A stretch of DNA of 64,000 nucleotides from Schmidtea polychroa (Eukaryota), in NCBI GenBank assembly GCA_044892525.1, contig CM097886.1, positions 92,194,001 through 92,258,000 on the forward strand, written 5' to 3'. Numbering within the stretch: the first letter of the stretch is position 1; each line of letters opens with the position of its first letter. Below are positions 21,673 through 35,278 of the stretch, piece after piece. The translations under genes were made by a program, and so were the position numbers. Under the pieces are notes generated by a model. The model did no database searches. It was not told where the DNA came from and worked only from the letters and a program-made list of their open reading frames with translations.

Positions 21673-23924
21673 AAACGGATGTTTGAGTGGTGCTTTCTTA
21701 TAATTAAATCGTTGNNNNNNNNNNNNNNNNNNNNNNNNNNNNNNNNNNNNNNNNNNNNNNNNNNNNNNNNNNNNNNNNNNNNNNNNNNNNNNNNNNNNNN
21801 NNNNNNNNNNNNNNNNNNNNNNNNNNNNNNNNNNNNNNNNNNNNNNNNNNNNNNNNNNNNNNNNNNNNNNNNNNNNNNNNNNNNNNNNNNNNNNNNNNNN
21901 NNNNNNNNNNNNNNNNNNNNNNNNNNNNNNNNNNNNNNNNNNNNNNNNNNNNNNNNNNNNNNNNNNNNNNNNNNATCTTCATTTCAATGAAACTCTATTT
22001 TCATTAATTTTATGCGCTTATAAATCATTAAATAAATAAGACTTTTAAAAATAATTGATCACTGATGAAAATAATAAAACTTATAATTAAATAAACATTT
22101 AAATATATTTTGGATTATATTTTAAAAAATTAAAGATATTACGTTACAATTTCAATGGTTGATTGCAATCGAATTATTAAAAATTATGTGCTACAATCGT
22201 TTGATATTTACTAATATATATTTAATATTAAGTAACACTTTAATATAAAAAAAGAACACCATTTCTAAAAATATTTTTTACAGTATATTTCTACAGCTAG
22301 GCGGTCATAATTAGATACTAAAAAACTTTACTAAAATCTATTATACTTATAGGTCTATTAACAATAACGTAATTATATGTGTGGAATCCAATAAAATTGA
22401 TTACTCCTAATAAAGTTAATTACACACTCTCAAAACCACGTGGTTAAAGTATTTTGAATGTTCATTTTTGTGTTGAATATTTTTATCATCAAGGCCTCAC
22501 AAATAATATGTTTCCAGTAGTTTTCGAAACGGTTATATAATAACTTAACCCCATAATGTGCATGCTCGAGTTACCTTGAATGCACTAAACGGGACATATT
22601 ATGCGCACTCAATATAATTGGAAGTGCGTTGAATACTATAAATGTAAAAATATTGAGTGATTTTGTATTTTATTTAACATTTTTGATCAAAATAAGGTTC
22701 ATAAATGTATATTCTTCAATAAAGAAAATTGTATTTTTTCGGTGGTTTTTGTCAAATAAACTATGCGTTTAAGGTTTAAAATTAAAAATGTCAACTTTTA
22801 ACTTACATTTCTTAGAATGCTCAATAATATTAATGTTTCCATTCAAAAAAGATAATGATGACATTCAGAACGATATAATTCTTAAAACACAAAGGACAAT
22901 GTTGTGGATAAATTGGAAAATTCATATCGCTCAATGGATGCAGCATTTCATTGCATTGTTCCCAATAGAAATGGTACGAACAATTCGCAACTTCAACATT
23001 TCCATATGTCATTTGCAATAAAATTAATTTTGAAAAACATTTCATTACAATGAAATAAAGCTGTGATTTAAATAGCAAACATTTAAAAAATTTTAACAAA
23101 ATCATTTTTATATTCTTTTGTAATTGATATTTTACAATATAATTCTTAGCGGGCGCGAAATTGAAATTAAAAAAAGATGCTGAAAAAGTCTAAATCCAAA
23201 TTTTTTACGTACATTTTATATTTAATAATCTAATAATTTTGATTTTTCTCATCTAATATTTACTTTATAGAATAAGGAAAAAACAACAATGTTACAATAG
23301 AAAAATATTTCTCAAAATACATAAATTCAACAATCATATTCTCGATTAACAAATAAACTTTATCGAAAAAATATCTGAAAAAGATTTTGATAAAATCTTT
23401 TTTTAATAATGGATTTCTCCCATCTATCCAAATTGTTTTCGTTTCAAGGAAATTAGTTATTTATTTTTACAGTCATTATATCAGATTATTTTAAATTGAA
23501 ACATGAAAGAAATCTTCTGAAATCATAAAAGAATTTTCGATCTAATTCGTTGCATCTGAAATATTAGTTGTGAATTGATGAGAGGTAATCTGATTTTCCG
23601 ATAAAAAGTTGTGATAAAAACTGAATTTTGTATATTTCCATCTCATTAGAGTGCTTTGATAATTTCAAATTTTAAATGAAGATCCTAAATGATTTAATTA
23701 TCCCTAATATTTATCGCAAAACTGAANNNNNNNNNNNNNNNNNNNNNNNNNNNNNNNNNNNNNNNNNNNNNNNNNNNNNNNNNNNNNNNNNNNNNNNNNN
23801 NNNNNNNNNNNNNNNNNNNNNNNNNNNNNNNNNNNNNNNNNNNNNNNNNNNNNNNNNNNNNNNNNNNNNNNNNNNNNNNNNNNNNNNNNNNNNNNNNNNN
23901 NNNNNNNNNNNNNNNNNNNNNNNN

Positions 23925-24900
23925 ACTTGATCAAGACAGTGCCGAAAATTCGTGAGTATCAAAAAACATCGATATATTACTGAAATTAATAACTAATCAT
24001 AAGTTGCAATTTATTTAATTATATTAATTTTTATTAATTTATAAATTAATAACAAGCTTTGTGAAACATTTCTAGCAAAAATAAATACATCTAAAAATAA
24101 AATGAAAATAGGAAACCTCAATGAAACACCGATAACATTTTATATGTATTTTAAAACCTTGTTGTATATTGTCAAAATTACAGTCTTAGTACAATTCTTA
24201 TAATCCACAAAATTTAAGTTCAAAAATACAAAAATCAAAGTATTTACATAAAATTTAACTGATTAAATGTAACGAAATATTATATGCAGAAATATTACAT
24301 ATAATATATAATTGCATATATATTGTCAGAGCAAACACCGGGACTAGATTGCGTGCTTAATATTATTTTTTGATTTGGATATTTTTTGGCCGACACTGTT
24401 GGATATAAGTAACAGGAATTATATTATTTCGAAATTAATATTTTAATTTCTGAAAAGGTTAAAGAGAAGTGAAAAATAAATAAATTATTAAAATCAAAAG
24501 TTAAACAAGTGTGACCGTCAGTGTAAATAATATGTAAATAAATGGTAATTTTATAAGAACCTTTTTCCAATTTCACCGCTGATTATTTTTTATATTGAAT
24601 TTATTAAAAAGAGAGCTTAAAAACTATAAATCAGTAATATATCGTTGTTTTTTGATACTCACGAATTTTTAATAAATTATAAACATTATAAAGTTAAATA
24701 AAAAATTAAATGCTCCAGATTTGTTTGAATTAAATTGATTTAATTATCTAAAAGTATTATAAGAACTTTTTTCAAATTTCACTACTGATTTCCTTTCAAT
24801 TGACATTGTATTTATTATAAAACTTGACTATGACTCGGGAAATATATCGATGTTTTTTTAAATATCTTTATTCATTCATAGTCAAGCTTTTTAATAAATA
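23925..24900. mobile_element. Cluster of family C TIR fragments
   Basis: Arms at ~23930-23985 (CAGTGCCGAAAATTCGTGAGTATCAAAAAACATCGATATATTACTGA), ~24550-24670 and a collapsed hairpin at ~24760-24900. Confidence 0.65.
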
Positions 24901-25251
24901 TATTATCTGAAAGTGTTTATATTGAAAAAAATTTTATTAACAAATTTTAGTACAAATTTTTGAGGTCATTATAGAAAAGAGTTTACAAAAAAGTAATAAA
25001 GTGAAGAAGATTAAAAGAGAATTCAGACAAAATAATGATATGTTGAAAAGTTAGAGAAACTGCTAAATCTATTTTAGTAAGTATAATTATGTAATGTAAA
25101 ATTTAAACATATACTTATAATTCTTTTATTTTCTGTCATACCTCTAAATAAATATCAGATCTTTATTAATGTTCCAACATATAATTATTGCTAATTATTA
25201 TTTTGGCATTTTAAAAAAGGTCATCACAAATATGAAGTTTTCACGTATTTC

Positions 25252-26209
25252 TGTTGAGGATACCTAAATGAAAAATAACATAATAAATAAATAAATTACC
25301 TGGGGGAAGATCGTCATGACAAATTGGACGATCTATGGAAACTCAGAAAAGAAAACAGAAGTAAAAAGAAATTAAAAATGAGAAAGATAAATCAAATAAA
25401 AAGAAACAAACAAGAAATTAAAACAAAGGTCATTGTTAATTAGGAAGTACAAATGAAGGTGGAATTTCGAATTCCAGAAAAAAACAAAGTAAGGGAAAAA
25501 GCCGTATCTTGACAGCTTGTCAAAGATAGCGAAATTGTCGGGAGAAGGTGGCTTAACAGAAAAGGAAAATGGAAAAATATCTTGACATCTGTCAGAGATA
25601 AGGCTGATGTAGAGGAAAAGAAAAATGGTAAACAGAATCTGTCGCCAGTGCCACAAACAAAACAACTATATAAAGGAAAACTGGTGTATGAGAAATCAGA
25701 ACAAATTGAGAGCAAATTTAGAACAAATTTAGAGCGAAAAGTAGAATGGAAACAGAACGAAGTTGAGAGCAAAACGAAACGAAATTAGAGACAAAAAGTA
25801 GAGTAAAATTAGAGACGACAGAGTAAAAAGGGGAATCAAAACAGAGTGAAAAAAGAAGTGACAAGAAACTTTTATAAAATTGAATATAAAGTAAAAGTGG
25901 AGTAAATAAATTGTGTGGTCAAAGCAAATAGAACAATCGATCAACATATTCTGTAATTGAGTAGTTGACGGCTAGTGATTATTGTTGTGGTTACAGAAAG
26001 GGATATTCTTCACGAAGTGTCGAAATAAGCTCTGTGTGATAAATTGGTTTATAGTTAATTGGTTGTAATTGAAATTTGTACTATTACCTGTGGATATTAA
26101 TAAAGCTTATTGTGTTCGAGAGTGTTGAATTACGAAGTAATAAACACGATTTGGAGCCAGATTAAAGGTTTGAATTTACAAATATTGTCACCAACTCAAT
26201 AACCCAACA
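25252..26209 (+). mobile_element. Solo LTR (958 bp)
   Basis: Ends TGTTG...CAACA with 4-bp TSD TTTC (25248-25251, 26210-26213); purine-rich body; AATAAA motifs near the 3' end. Confidence 0.8.
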
Positions 26210-26914
26210 TTTCCAAAGATTCTTTACATGTTCTGTATTGAGCAAGTCGCCAAATTATTTTAGTTATACTTAAAAAAGGCTTCCAAAAATCAAGATTTCC
26301 CGATATGGATAAAAACTGAACTGATAAGCAATCCTTTTCGATTGAGTTCAGAGCACTATATTCATTGAAAATTAATAATGAGTTAATAGGATATATAAAT
26401 ATTTGCGCAAATATTATTTGTCTAGTATTTTGAAAAAAGAAACAATACGATAACAAATTGGGCACTTTACTAAATATGCCAATTTAGTTATCATGATGTA
26501 ATCCTTACAACAGATGTACTACTTTCGATAATATATTTAACATTCATCAACATTTGTTTTCCTATAATATTTGTTTTACTACATTATATTAATTAAGTTT
26601 CACTAAAATAGCTTTTGTTTAAATTTAATATTTTATGCAAATAAAAAAAAGTGTCTTCAAAAATAAAAGTTTGTCAATCTTTAAGTTAAATGAAACATAT
26701 AACAAAAAATATAAATTTGTTTAGATTGAAATATCAAAAATAATGTAACCAAACTAAAATAACACAAAAGACTTTTTAAAAAACAGATAATGCTATTTTT
26801 AGTTTTCTATTAAAACATATTTTTATATTGTGTAACAAATTTTTCATAGTTATCTTGGGCAATTCTATAAAATCATCACTAAAAGGTTTTTGTCAAATTA
26901 TAATATAAATATTA

Positions 26915-27160
26915 AAAAAGCAAATAATAATACACGCCTTTTGCTGCAAAGTTTCTATTCAATAAAATGAAATAATTTTCGACTATAAAAACAATCCTTA
27001 TCAATCCTTTTCAATATCAAGAAATTGATAAGGATTATTTTTATAATCAAAAATTAGTTCATTTTATTTAATATATACTTTGCGGCATAAGGCTCATATT
27101 ATCATTTACTTGTTTAACATTCAATTAATGCTGCGACCAAGAAATCATCACTTTATACTA
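26915..27160. repeat. ~200-bp imperfect palindrome made of two inverted hammerhead-like units plus a shared tail
   Basis: Left arm 26915-27005 and right arm 27024-27118 are reverse complements with mismatches; each reads TTGATAAG-GATTRT-TTTT-ATARTC-(G/A)AAA-ATTA(T/G)T-TC-ATTTT. Confidence 0.8.
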
Positions 27161-30100
27161 TAATATAATTAAATATCAATTAGTATTTTGTCTTAAATTT
27201 ATTTGTTTTGAGATTTTAATTGCGATTTTGTTTAAATTTTATCTGTTTTAAAAGTTTATTTGCGATTTTTTTGTCGTAGAACGGAGTTGAAGTTAATAAC
27301 AAAATTTCTATGAAAAGTCAGACGATGTTTTGAAATAAAATCTCTATTTTAATATGAAAAACTGTATATGATTGCTGCTTTATACACTTTGAACTTGGTT
27401 ATTTTCGAATAACAAAAACAAAGTTTTTAATTAAAATAATAAAATAATTGAAAACTTTAATTTTATTTACATTCTTGAGTAAACATTTCAAGTCAAATTA
27501 ATGGTAACTATTTGCACAGTATTATGTTTATGGCAAATTAGAAAAATATTTGTAAATAAATAATAACCGAATCTGTTTTTATTTTAATTTGTGAATTAAA
27601 TTCATTTTTAATTATAAGATTATATTAATCTTTCTCTATTAGTTTTCACCGCCTTCAAAGTCATCAATAGCAAAATTAAGGTCTAGGACAAAATATATTA
27701 ATATGTTACTATTATAAACAATATATAATATTATCCTGAAAAATAATTTTGATAATCTAAGCAATGAATAAACTTAACAGTGAATGACCCATTTAAAGAC
27801 TTTATTTATAGTAGACATCAAAGCTCAACAAAATGATCTAGGAAAACTTCTTACTTACAAAAAACCTTTTTCAAAATTTTTTAAATTAAATTTTAAAAAT
27901 GTTTATATATTTGTAATTGACAATAATTACTAGAATTTAACAGTTGGTATAATTTATTCAATGTCAAGACACTGAGTTGTATAATAATTCATTCGAAAAA
28001 CACTATTTTTGGGTAATTAATACAAAGAGATTAGTGGAAAACATCACTGCAAAATTATCTCTATCCAAAAATAAAATAATAAAAAAAATATAATTTTTAA
28101 TCTATAAATCATTTATCGTTAAGAATTTCATTTATCTTCATATGGTTTTTGATTTTAGTTCAATATTTTTGCCATTTTAAAATTTTGGCTCTGCTTTTTA
28201 AAAATTAATTAATTGAAGCGAGATTAATTTATTGAGTGGAACCGTGGCACAATTCATAATACTTTGGTTCGAGGTCTAATACTCACAATGAATTTAATTT
28301 CCATTTTAATTGTTGAAATAATTAATTTACAAAAATCCAAAAACCATTGTTGCTAGAATTGGTCCTTGAAAAAGTGTCAAAAATTCGTTAATGATACTAA
28401 ATATAATCAAGGTTTCACTATATTCTAAAATTAATCTATACAGTATAGTTGAGTAAGAAGATGATTGTATGAATCTCTTAATTATGTGATAAGCAAGCTG
28501 TCAGTTGCATATCAGCTGACACCGTTAATAAATTAAATGTGAAAACGGTCAATGTAATACTTTTAAAATAAAAACTAATTATATTCACATAATTCAACAA
28601 ACCTCGCTTTAACAGTCTTTTGATGAATAGTCCAAATAGGAATACTTTAAAATTATTAAAGTAATATCTACTGAAAAAATTTTAATAATAGATTTTGAAT
28701 ATAATTACGCATTTTATCAAATTATTTTGATAACGAAACTACATCAAATAATTTTTATATATCTTTTTGGTTGAAATAAATAACGAAATTTTTTAAATCT
28801 TTTTTATTTCCTTTTTATTTCAATAAAATTCTCAATTAAAAGTTTATAATTTTTATTATATAATTTGAATCTCCGCTGGTGATAGATGACTAAAATAAAT
28901 TTCCAGAAAAATTTAATTAATTTTATTGCAAGCAAATTGTTTGAATTAAGTTCAATAGAAATGAAATAACATATTAATGATTTAGTATAAAATTTTAATA
29001 TTAACCAAAAAAATTTAATATTTAAACAAAAATTACAATATGATTTTACTCATAAATCATTCAATATGGTAAAGTTTTATTTTTAAAGTTTTTCAACCAG
29101 AATTCACTTTGGATAACATTTATAAAAACTATAAAGAAAACTATAAAACTATTTTCAAAACATGCGATCTTTTAGAAAATTATTTACTTTTCTTAATTTT
29201 TTATAATTAACGGTAATTTATGCAACTTTATAATTTTATAACGTAATTTTAATTAATTTTAACCATAACAGGTTTTCATATTAAAATAATTCTTTGTTTT
29301 ATTTTTGATGCCTAAACCAAACATACATTTTATCAACTTAATAAAATCATTTTTTATTTTTTTTAATTAATTATCTTCTTCAACTTTATTTAGATAGAAA
29401 TTGAGAAAAATATCGTTTAATTTTATCAAAAAATTAAATTAAATCTCTAATTCAAAATAAATAATTTAATTAAAATGAAATATTTAATAATAGTCATTCA
29501 AATTATTCATTATTATTTTTTATCTCTAAAAATACATAATATTTTACCATAAGGTATGTAAGTAACAAATTGAATATTTTGTATTATATTATTAAAATTA
29601 TNNNNNNNNNNNNNNNNNNNNNNNNNNNNNNNNNNNNNNNNNNNNNNNNNNNNNNNNNNNNNNNNNNNNNNNNNNNNNNNNNNNNNNNNNNNNNNNNNNN
29701 NNNNNNNNNNNNNNNNNNNNNNNNNNNNNNNNNNNNNNNNNNNNTGTCTTGAAAATTGTCGTGATAATTAATATAATTCAGAAGGCTTAGAATAAACGCA
29801 ATTTTTATGGTCTCATTCATAAATAATTTTTTTCGATAATAATGCTTTTTGATAATCACATTTTTCTTTTATTATTTTGACATTCATTTCATTTTAAGAT
29901 TCTGTTACTACAGTGAAAAATCCATTCACATGTATTAATATTTATTTTAAAGAAATCAAAAATAAAAACTGATTTATTTATAATTTCAGCGTCTGTTAAT
30001 TTTTACACCTTTTTTACATAGCTGAGAATAAGAAATTTTGCATTTTTATTAATTAAATTTAATTATTTTTTAAAGAAAATTTAAAAAATTTTAATTATCT

Positions 30101-30389
30101 TTCTGTCTCAGCATAAGAATTTTAATTTAAAGATTGCTTAAAGTAAATTAAATTAAAATTAATTCTTAATACACACACACACACACTCACTAACATCTAT
30201 ATATGAAATGTCATTATATTTTATAAAATTTATTTAATTTTTGCTATTGACATAAATAATTTCTTAATATGATATGAAAACTTTTGTATTGTCTAATTAA
30301 TAATTAGTATTTGACCTTGAAAATGAGCCAAGGTCAATTATGACGATCTAAAGGTCACCGTTGAGTTTCATCCATCTTAGGGTGCCTAT

Positions 30390-30761
30390 AAAAACACAAC
30401 AGAAATACACTGCAACCAACTAGACGAAATGATGCAAAAACCTAAAGAAAAACAATGTAGATGAGTTAACAGATCGACTCCTATCTTATTGTATGATAAC
30501 ACTACAACAAAGTGCAATAACGACTGTGATAAAACTACAGGGATTACACTCGGCACTTCATAATCATTCTCCATACTAATCAGACTTACTCCCCACTGAC
30601 TACCACCTCTCTCGAAGTTTAATTCCGACAATGTTGTAAAACTGGCCTTCCAGGAATTCATCGACTCCCGTCCGCCAGGATTTTATACCACAATCCTGCA
30701 CAACCTACCACTTAAATGCCAAAAGTGTATAGGCAATATGGGTGTATACTTTAATGAATAA
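30390..30761 (+). mobile_element. mariner transposase C-terminal remnant
   Basis: TTEIHCNQLDEMMQKPKEKQ..VNRSTPILLYDN, HSPY*SDLLPTDYHLSRSL, KLAFQEFIDSRPPGFY...LPLKCQKCIGNMGVYFNE*. Confidence 0.85.
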
Positions 30762-31387
30762 AATAATTTCTTATATTTGTAAGTTATCAACCAACTTTGG
30801 CTTTTTTTCTACAAATTTCATCCTTTTTTATATATTGTTTTGGACAAATTTATCAAAAGAAACCAATTATATGTTAATGTCAATAATATGTCAATAAATA
30901 ATATAAAATTTGTAGTTTTCATTAAAATGTTTGAAAATAACTTATTTATATATTTGAATAATTTTATCCTCGTTAGCTTATGTATTTATTTTAGATTTTA
31001 ATACTTTTAACAGTTTATTTATTGTATCTTTAATTTGCAACATATTTCTTTGAATTTCTGACAACAATCTCTGTATTATTTTATTTTTGTTTTAACAGAG
31101 ACATCATTATTTTAGTTTATGTATTTCAAAATATATTATTTAATTATATTCTTTATTTTTAATTAATACTTCAATTTTATATAATAATAATATAATAATT
31201 ATTCATCAATTCACTTTAAGAATGAAAAATGAATGTAAGTTCTTTATTCAAAATTATAAATCAAATAAAATTCAAAGATCCACAAAATTTAATTATTATC
31301 AAATATTTCAACAAAATTTGAAACAAAATCACAAAAACAAAGAAGAAACGATTCCAGAAATAGATAATAATTCCAACCACAGAAAGA

Positions 31388-31450
31388 AACAAACGCGCAC
31401 ACAAACGCGCACACAAACGCGATCAGAGAATAAATTCTAAACGCGCACAC
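31388..31450. repeat. Short minisatellite (ACAAACGCGCAC)n
   Basis: About three tandem units plus one dispersed unit. Confidence 0.7.
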
Positions 31451-31500
31451 AGACACGAAAATAAACCACAAAAATTATAAATGTGCACTATGATGTAATA

Positions 31501-32640
31501 CACCCGTTTCCACAATATAAGAGTTTCTATAATCTAAAAAAAAAATCGATAAAATTATATTATAGCAACACACAAACTTACCTGTGTGCAAAAATTTAAT
31601 GTTCCGAATGTTAAAAGTTTTATTATAGGAATTGAGAAAGTGACAGAAAAATAATTTTACATACAAACACAGGACACATAATATAAAATACACGCAAATT
31701 TAATATAGCTTTTTTTGTTCCGAAAGTAGAGAGTCATTAACATACTGTTAACATATCATTAATTTAAAATTATTAAAATTCATGGCTGAAAAAAATTTGG
31801 ATTTTGAATCTGACAACTCAACTTTGAGTTTTTGAGAAATGGACGACAAAACATCGTAAGATCTATTTATAAAATATTTTTGAAGTTAATATTTCTTTAG
31901 ATTTTCAGATATTTCTTTGGAGACATTTCCATTTTGCGAAGGTGAAGATCTGACAATGTAAGAATTTTTTTATTTAATTACAAATAATTAAAATATTTTA
32001 CAGCATATCAGATATTTCTAGTCAAACGCCTTTGTGTGAAGATATTCAACAAGTTCCATCGACATTTTTGGAATTGAAGAAAAAAATTCGAAAATCGTAA
32101 ATTTTAATAACTAAAAAAAAAATAATATTTTCAAAGAATTTCAGAAAATGACAAAATCCGTCTCATCAATCCATATGAAAATGGAGAAAATTATAAAGAT
32201 TTTGGAAGATTACTGGGAATCTCCAAAAAATCGATTGGAACCATTATTTCTTAAAAAAATAAATGTTTTTGGTGATTATTTTATTTCTTTTTAGTTAAAA
32301 ATATATATAACTTACATTTTATTGAAATAATTCCAAATTCATAACATATCATAAAATACCTAAAAAAGCACCTGAAATTTAATTATCAATATATTATAAA
32401 TATATTATAAATGCTGATTACAAGTAATATTTAAGAGCTTGAATAATGATCTCATAATTATATGAAATCAAAATTCAAGCCTTAAAATATACTTAAATTT
32501 AAAAAACTTACTTCTAAAACCATAAATAAAATTGAATTGAGAATGAAAAAATGAAATAAACATTCTCATAAATGGTGAGTCATCGATAGATGAACACACC
32601 AACATGTATTATAAAGACTTTTAACATGTGGAAACGGGTG
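31501..32640 (+). mobile_element. Non-autonomous Tc1/mariner-superfamily element (1140 bp)
   Basis: TIR CACCCGTTTCCACA (perfect 14 bp, imperfect to ~33 bp) with TA target duplications at 31499-31500 and 32641-32642. Confidence 0.85.
31782..32254 (+). pseudogene. Spliced four-exon HTH (transposase N-terminus-like) ORF
   Basis: Exons 31782-31855, 31901-31957, 32004-32096, 32137-32254; GT-AG introns of 45, 46 and 40 nt, all phase 2; ends ISENDKIRLINPYENGENYKDFGRLLGISKKSIGTIIS*. There is a TGA in exon 1, but the frame is open from ATG 31839. Confidence 0.7.
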
Positions 32641-32884
32641 TAAAAGCCCAAACAAACGTAATCGGATGAAATATTATTTAAATTTTTTTCATAAACCAAT
32701 CTTTTATAATATTATTTATTAAAAATATTAAGAACTAGTTATAAAAGCTTTAAAATCTTTATTTTGTATTTTAAAGTAAATTTAATTTTTAATTCTTGAA
32801 AAAAGTTTTATTTTGATTTATTTTATCTTGAACTAATGAGAAGAGAGAAAATGGCAATGAAAGAGAAAAAGCAACTAAATTCCA

Positions 32885-32985
32885 TAAAATTGATAAGGAT
32901 TATTTGTATAGTGGACATTATTTTCATTTTGTTGAATTTATACTAAGCAGCCTTATATTATTATTTAATTGTTTAACATTTAAAT
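32885..32985 (+). repeat. Single unit of the hammerhead-like (TTGATAA) family
   Basis: AAAATTGATAAGGATTATTTGTATAGTGGACATTATTTTCATTTTG followed by the family flank. Confidence 0.65.
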
Positions 32986-33790
32986 GTAATTTTTGTAATT
33001 TATAATTATTCTAGGTCATATATATTTCAAAGGTTCAATTTCTTAAATTAAATTCTTCATTATTATATTATAATAAATTAAATTAAAAAAAACAATTACA
33101 GCAAATATACAAATATCTGACTTAAATAAATATTTGAAAATTTTTCAAAAATTATTGAAAATAAATTCATTGAAAACTTTTCTAAATTGTTTAAATCAAC
33201 ATCAAATGAAAATTAATAGATTTTTCTCATGAAAAATTTATTGAAAATAAATAATTTATTAAATAACATCAAAAACTGGTTATTGAGAAGTTGCTTGTTA
33301 CATTTTAATTCCCTATAAAATATAATTTATGACGATGTCGAAATGATAATTTCTGAAGCAGAAACAATATCAATCCGATATTCCTGAAATTATATATCGG
33401 CCATCTAAATATAATGGAGAAAGAATCGTAAGCAGTGGGAATTGAATAATTAGACATTTCTATTCATTTTCACCAATAAAAAATACATTAATGATTTTAT
33501 AACAATTCTAATGAGAAATAATTTTATTCCAAATAAATTACAATTTTTATTTGGAAACAATATAAAATATATTGCATAATATGTTATATATTTGGACTTA
33601 TACTGTGATTGAATTAGGTGTAGGATATGTCTCCTCAGACACAAACCCCTCACTGTTACATAATAATTAAACAATATAATGTAAGAATTGACATTTGACC
33701 CCTGGTAAAACTAGTCATTCACGTGGTTATGTAATGACATATCTACATACATACATGCCAACACATAGCAACTTATGCATTACTATAGTA

Positions 33791-34134
33791 CAGTGGTTCT
33801 CAATTAATATAAAAGCGCGGTACACCATTCACATGATTTTTTTCTATGCGGAACACTGACAAAAAATACTTGCCCACAATGAGTGACCAATCACAAATTA
33901 CTATAAATCTGTCGTAAACGTAAACAATGCCTTCTTATAAGCAAAGAAAATACCACGCGCAACAATAACAATCAATAAAACACTTTTATATTTGTGTTTA
34001 TATATCTGTGTAACGGCTTTCTTATTGAAACATCTTATAAAAAAATTAATTGAGGTTTTTGATGATATGTATCTTAAATGCAAATTTAAAGATAAAATGT
34101 CATTTTTTTGTGGAACACGGGTTGAGAGCCACTG
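33791..34134. mobile_element. hAT (Charlie/Buster-like) MITE
   Basis: TIR CAGTGGTTCTCAA / TTGAGAGCCACTG; 8-bp TSD CTATAGTA / TTATAGTA. Confidence 0.85.
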
Positions 34135-34738
34135 TTATAGTACTACCAGATCTCAATTCATCCACTCTCAGCCACGGCACATATATGTTCAAGACCAAAA
34201 CCAAATCCAATATCACAACGATAACTACTACTAGAATGGTTTCTATGTATTATAAATATCTTTTATATCATTTGCATAGAAATTATTTAAAATTATAAAT
34301 ACATAAAATTTTTCGATTGTTAACTAAATTGGATAACATAAATGCAAGCGTAAAATAGGATAAAATAACCGCCAAGTGGTCTGAATAATAATATCAAATC
34401 ACTAATTTATTTAGATTTCTAAATTTTATGTCAGTTAGTGAGTAAATGGCATGAGTCTTTTTGTAAAATCCTTGACTAATTTATATGAAATTTTAAATTT
34501 ATAGCAAATAAAGTATGCTGATTCATATTATTCAGGCAGCAGTTAATATTTCAGTCCAACAACAGCATCCTTTTCACTTAATGGTATCACTAACTAAAAG
34601 TTTTGATTATCTTGTCATACTATTAAGAATGTTGCCCAATAAAATATCAAACGTATTCGACTTTATTCTCTGAAACAAATGCTATTAAAGGATATCATGT
34701 CACCATTGGTAAGCAGTTTTACAGTGCGGTCTCTTTAC

Positions 34739-35278
34739 TAGGGATTGTAAATTTGCCGATTATTTCTTTTACCGGTAAATCGGTAAATGAAAATAAAATT
34801 ACCGGGAAATTTTCTTTTACTAAAAGATAAAATAAAGTTGACAGAAAACAAGTTTAAATTTCCATTTCACAATTTTTATTTCAAAAATATAAAATTTGAG
34901 AAATATAGATTAATGTATTATTATAAATCTAAACAAACTATAATAATATTGTTGGGTTTTATTAATTCAAGTCAGTAAACTCTGACTCCACGTGTCCTTT
35001 TAATCGTAAATAACAAAACAATAAACTACCCAACCTATATTCGAATCACAAATCTCTCACAATCCAACGAAACAATCAAAGACAGAGTTTTACCAGTTTA
35101 ATCGGTTCTCCGCTAAGCGCTCATGCTTTGTCAAAATCTTTATCAATATTCACCTTTTAATCGAACTTTTCCTTTTTGATCTGTTCCGTTTCCTATTCAA
35201 TTTTCATCTCACGTCTCAATTATTTCCTAACTCTATCCGTTCGTTTCCCAAACTTCGTTCACCGGTATACAATCCCTA
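34739..35278. mobile_element. hAT-like MITE carrying an LTR fragment
   Basis: TIR TAGGGATTGTA / TACAATCCCTA; ACCGGTA subterminal repeats; candidate 8-bp TSD CTCTTTAC / GTATTTAC (6 of 8 match). Confidence 0.65.
34950..35260 (-). mobile_element. Truncated solo-LTR fragment nested in the MITE
   Basis: Minus strand ends ...AAAAGGACACGTGGAGTCAGAG...AATAAAACCCAACA, the same terminus as 26201-26209. Confidence 0.55.

Noticed and set aside
22546-23010. TTAA-CCCC start and piggyBac-like TK..VDKL/W..ALF traces
   Set aside because: No second TIR found and the protein match is too weak.
25372-25947. Several overlapping ORFs inside the solo LTR
   Set aside because: Result of purine/pyrimidine strand bias; no domains.
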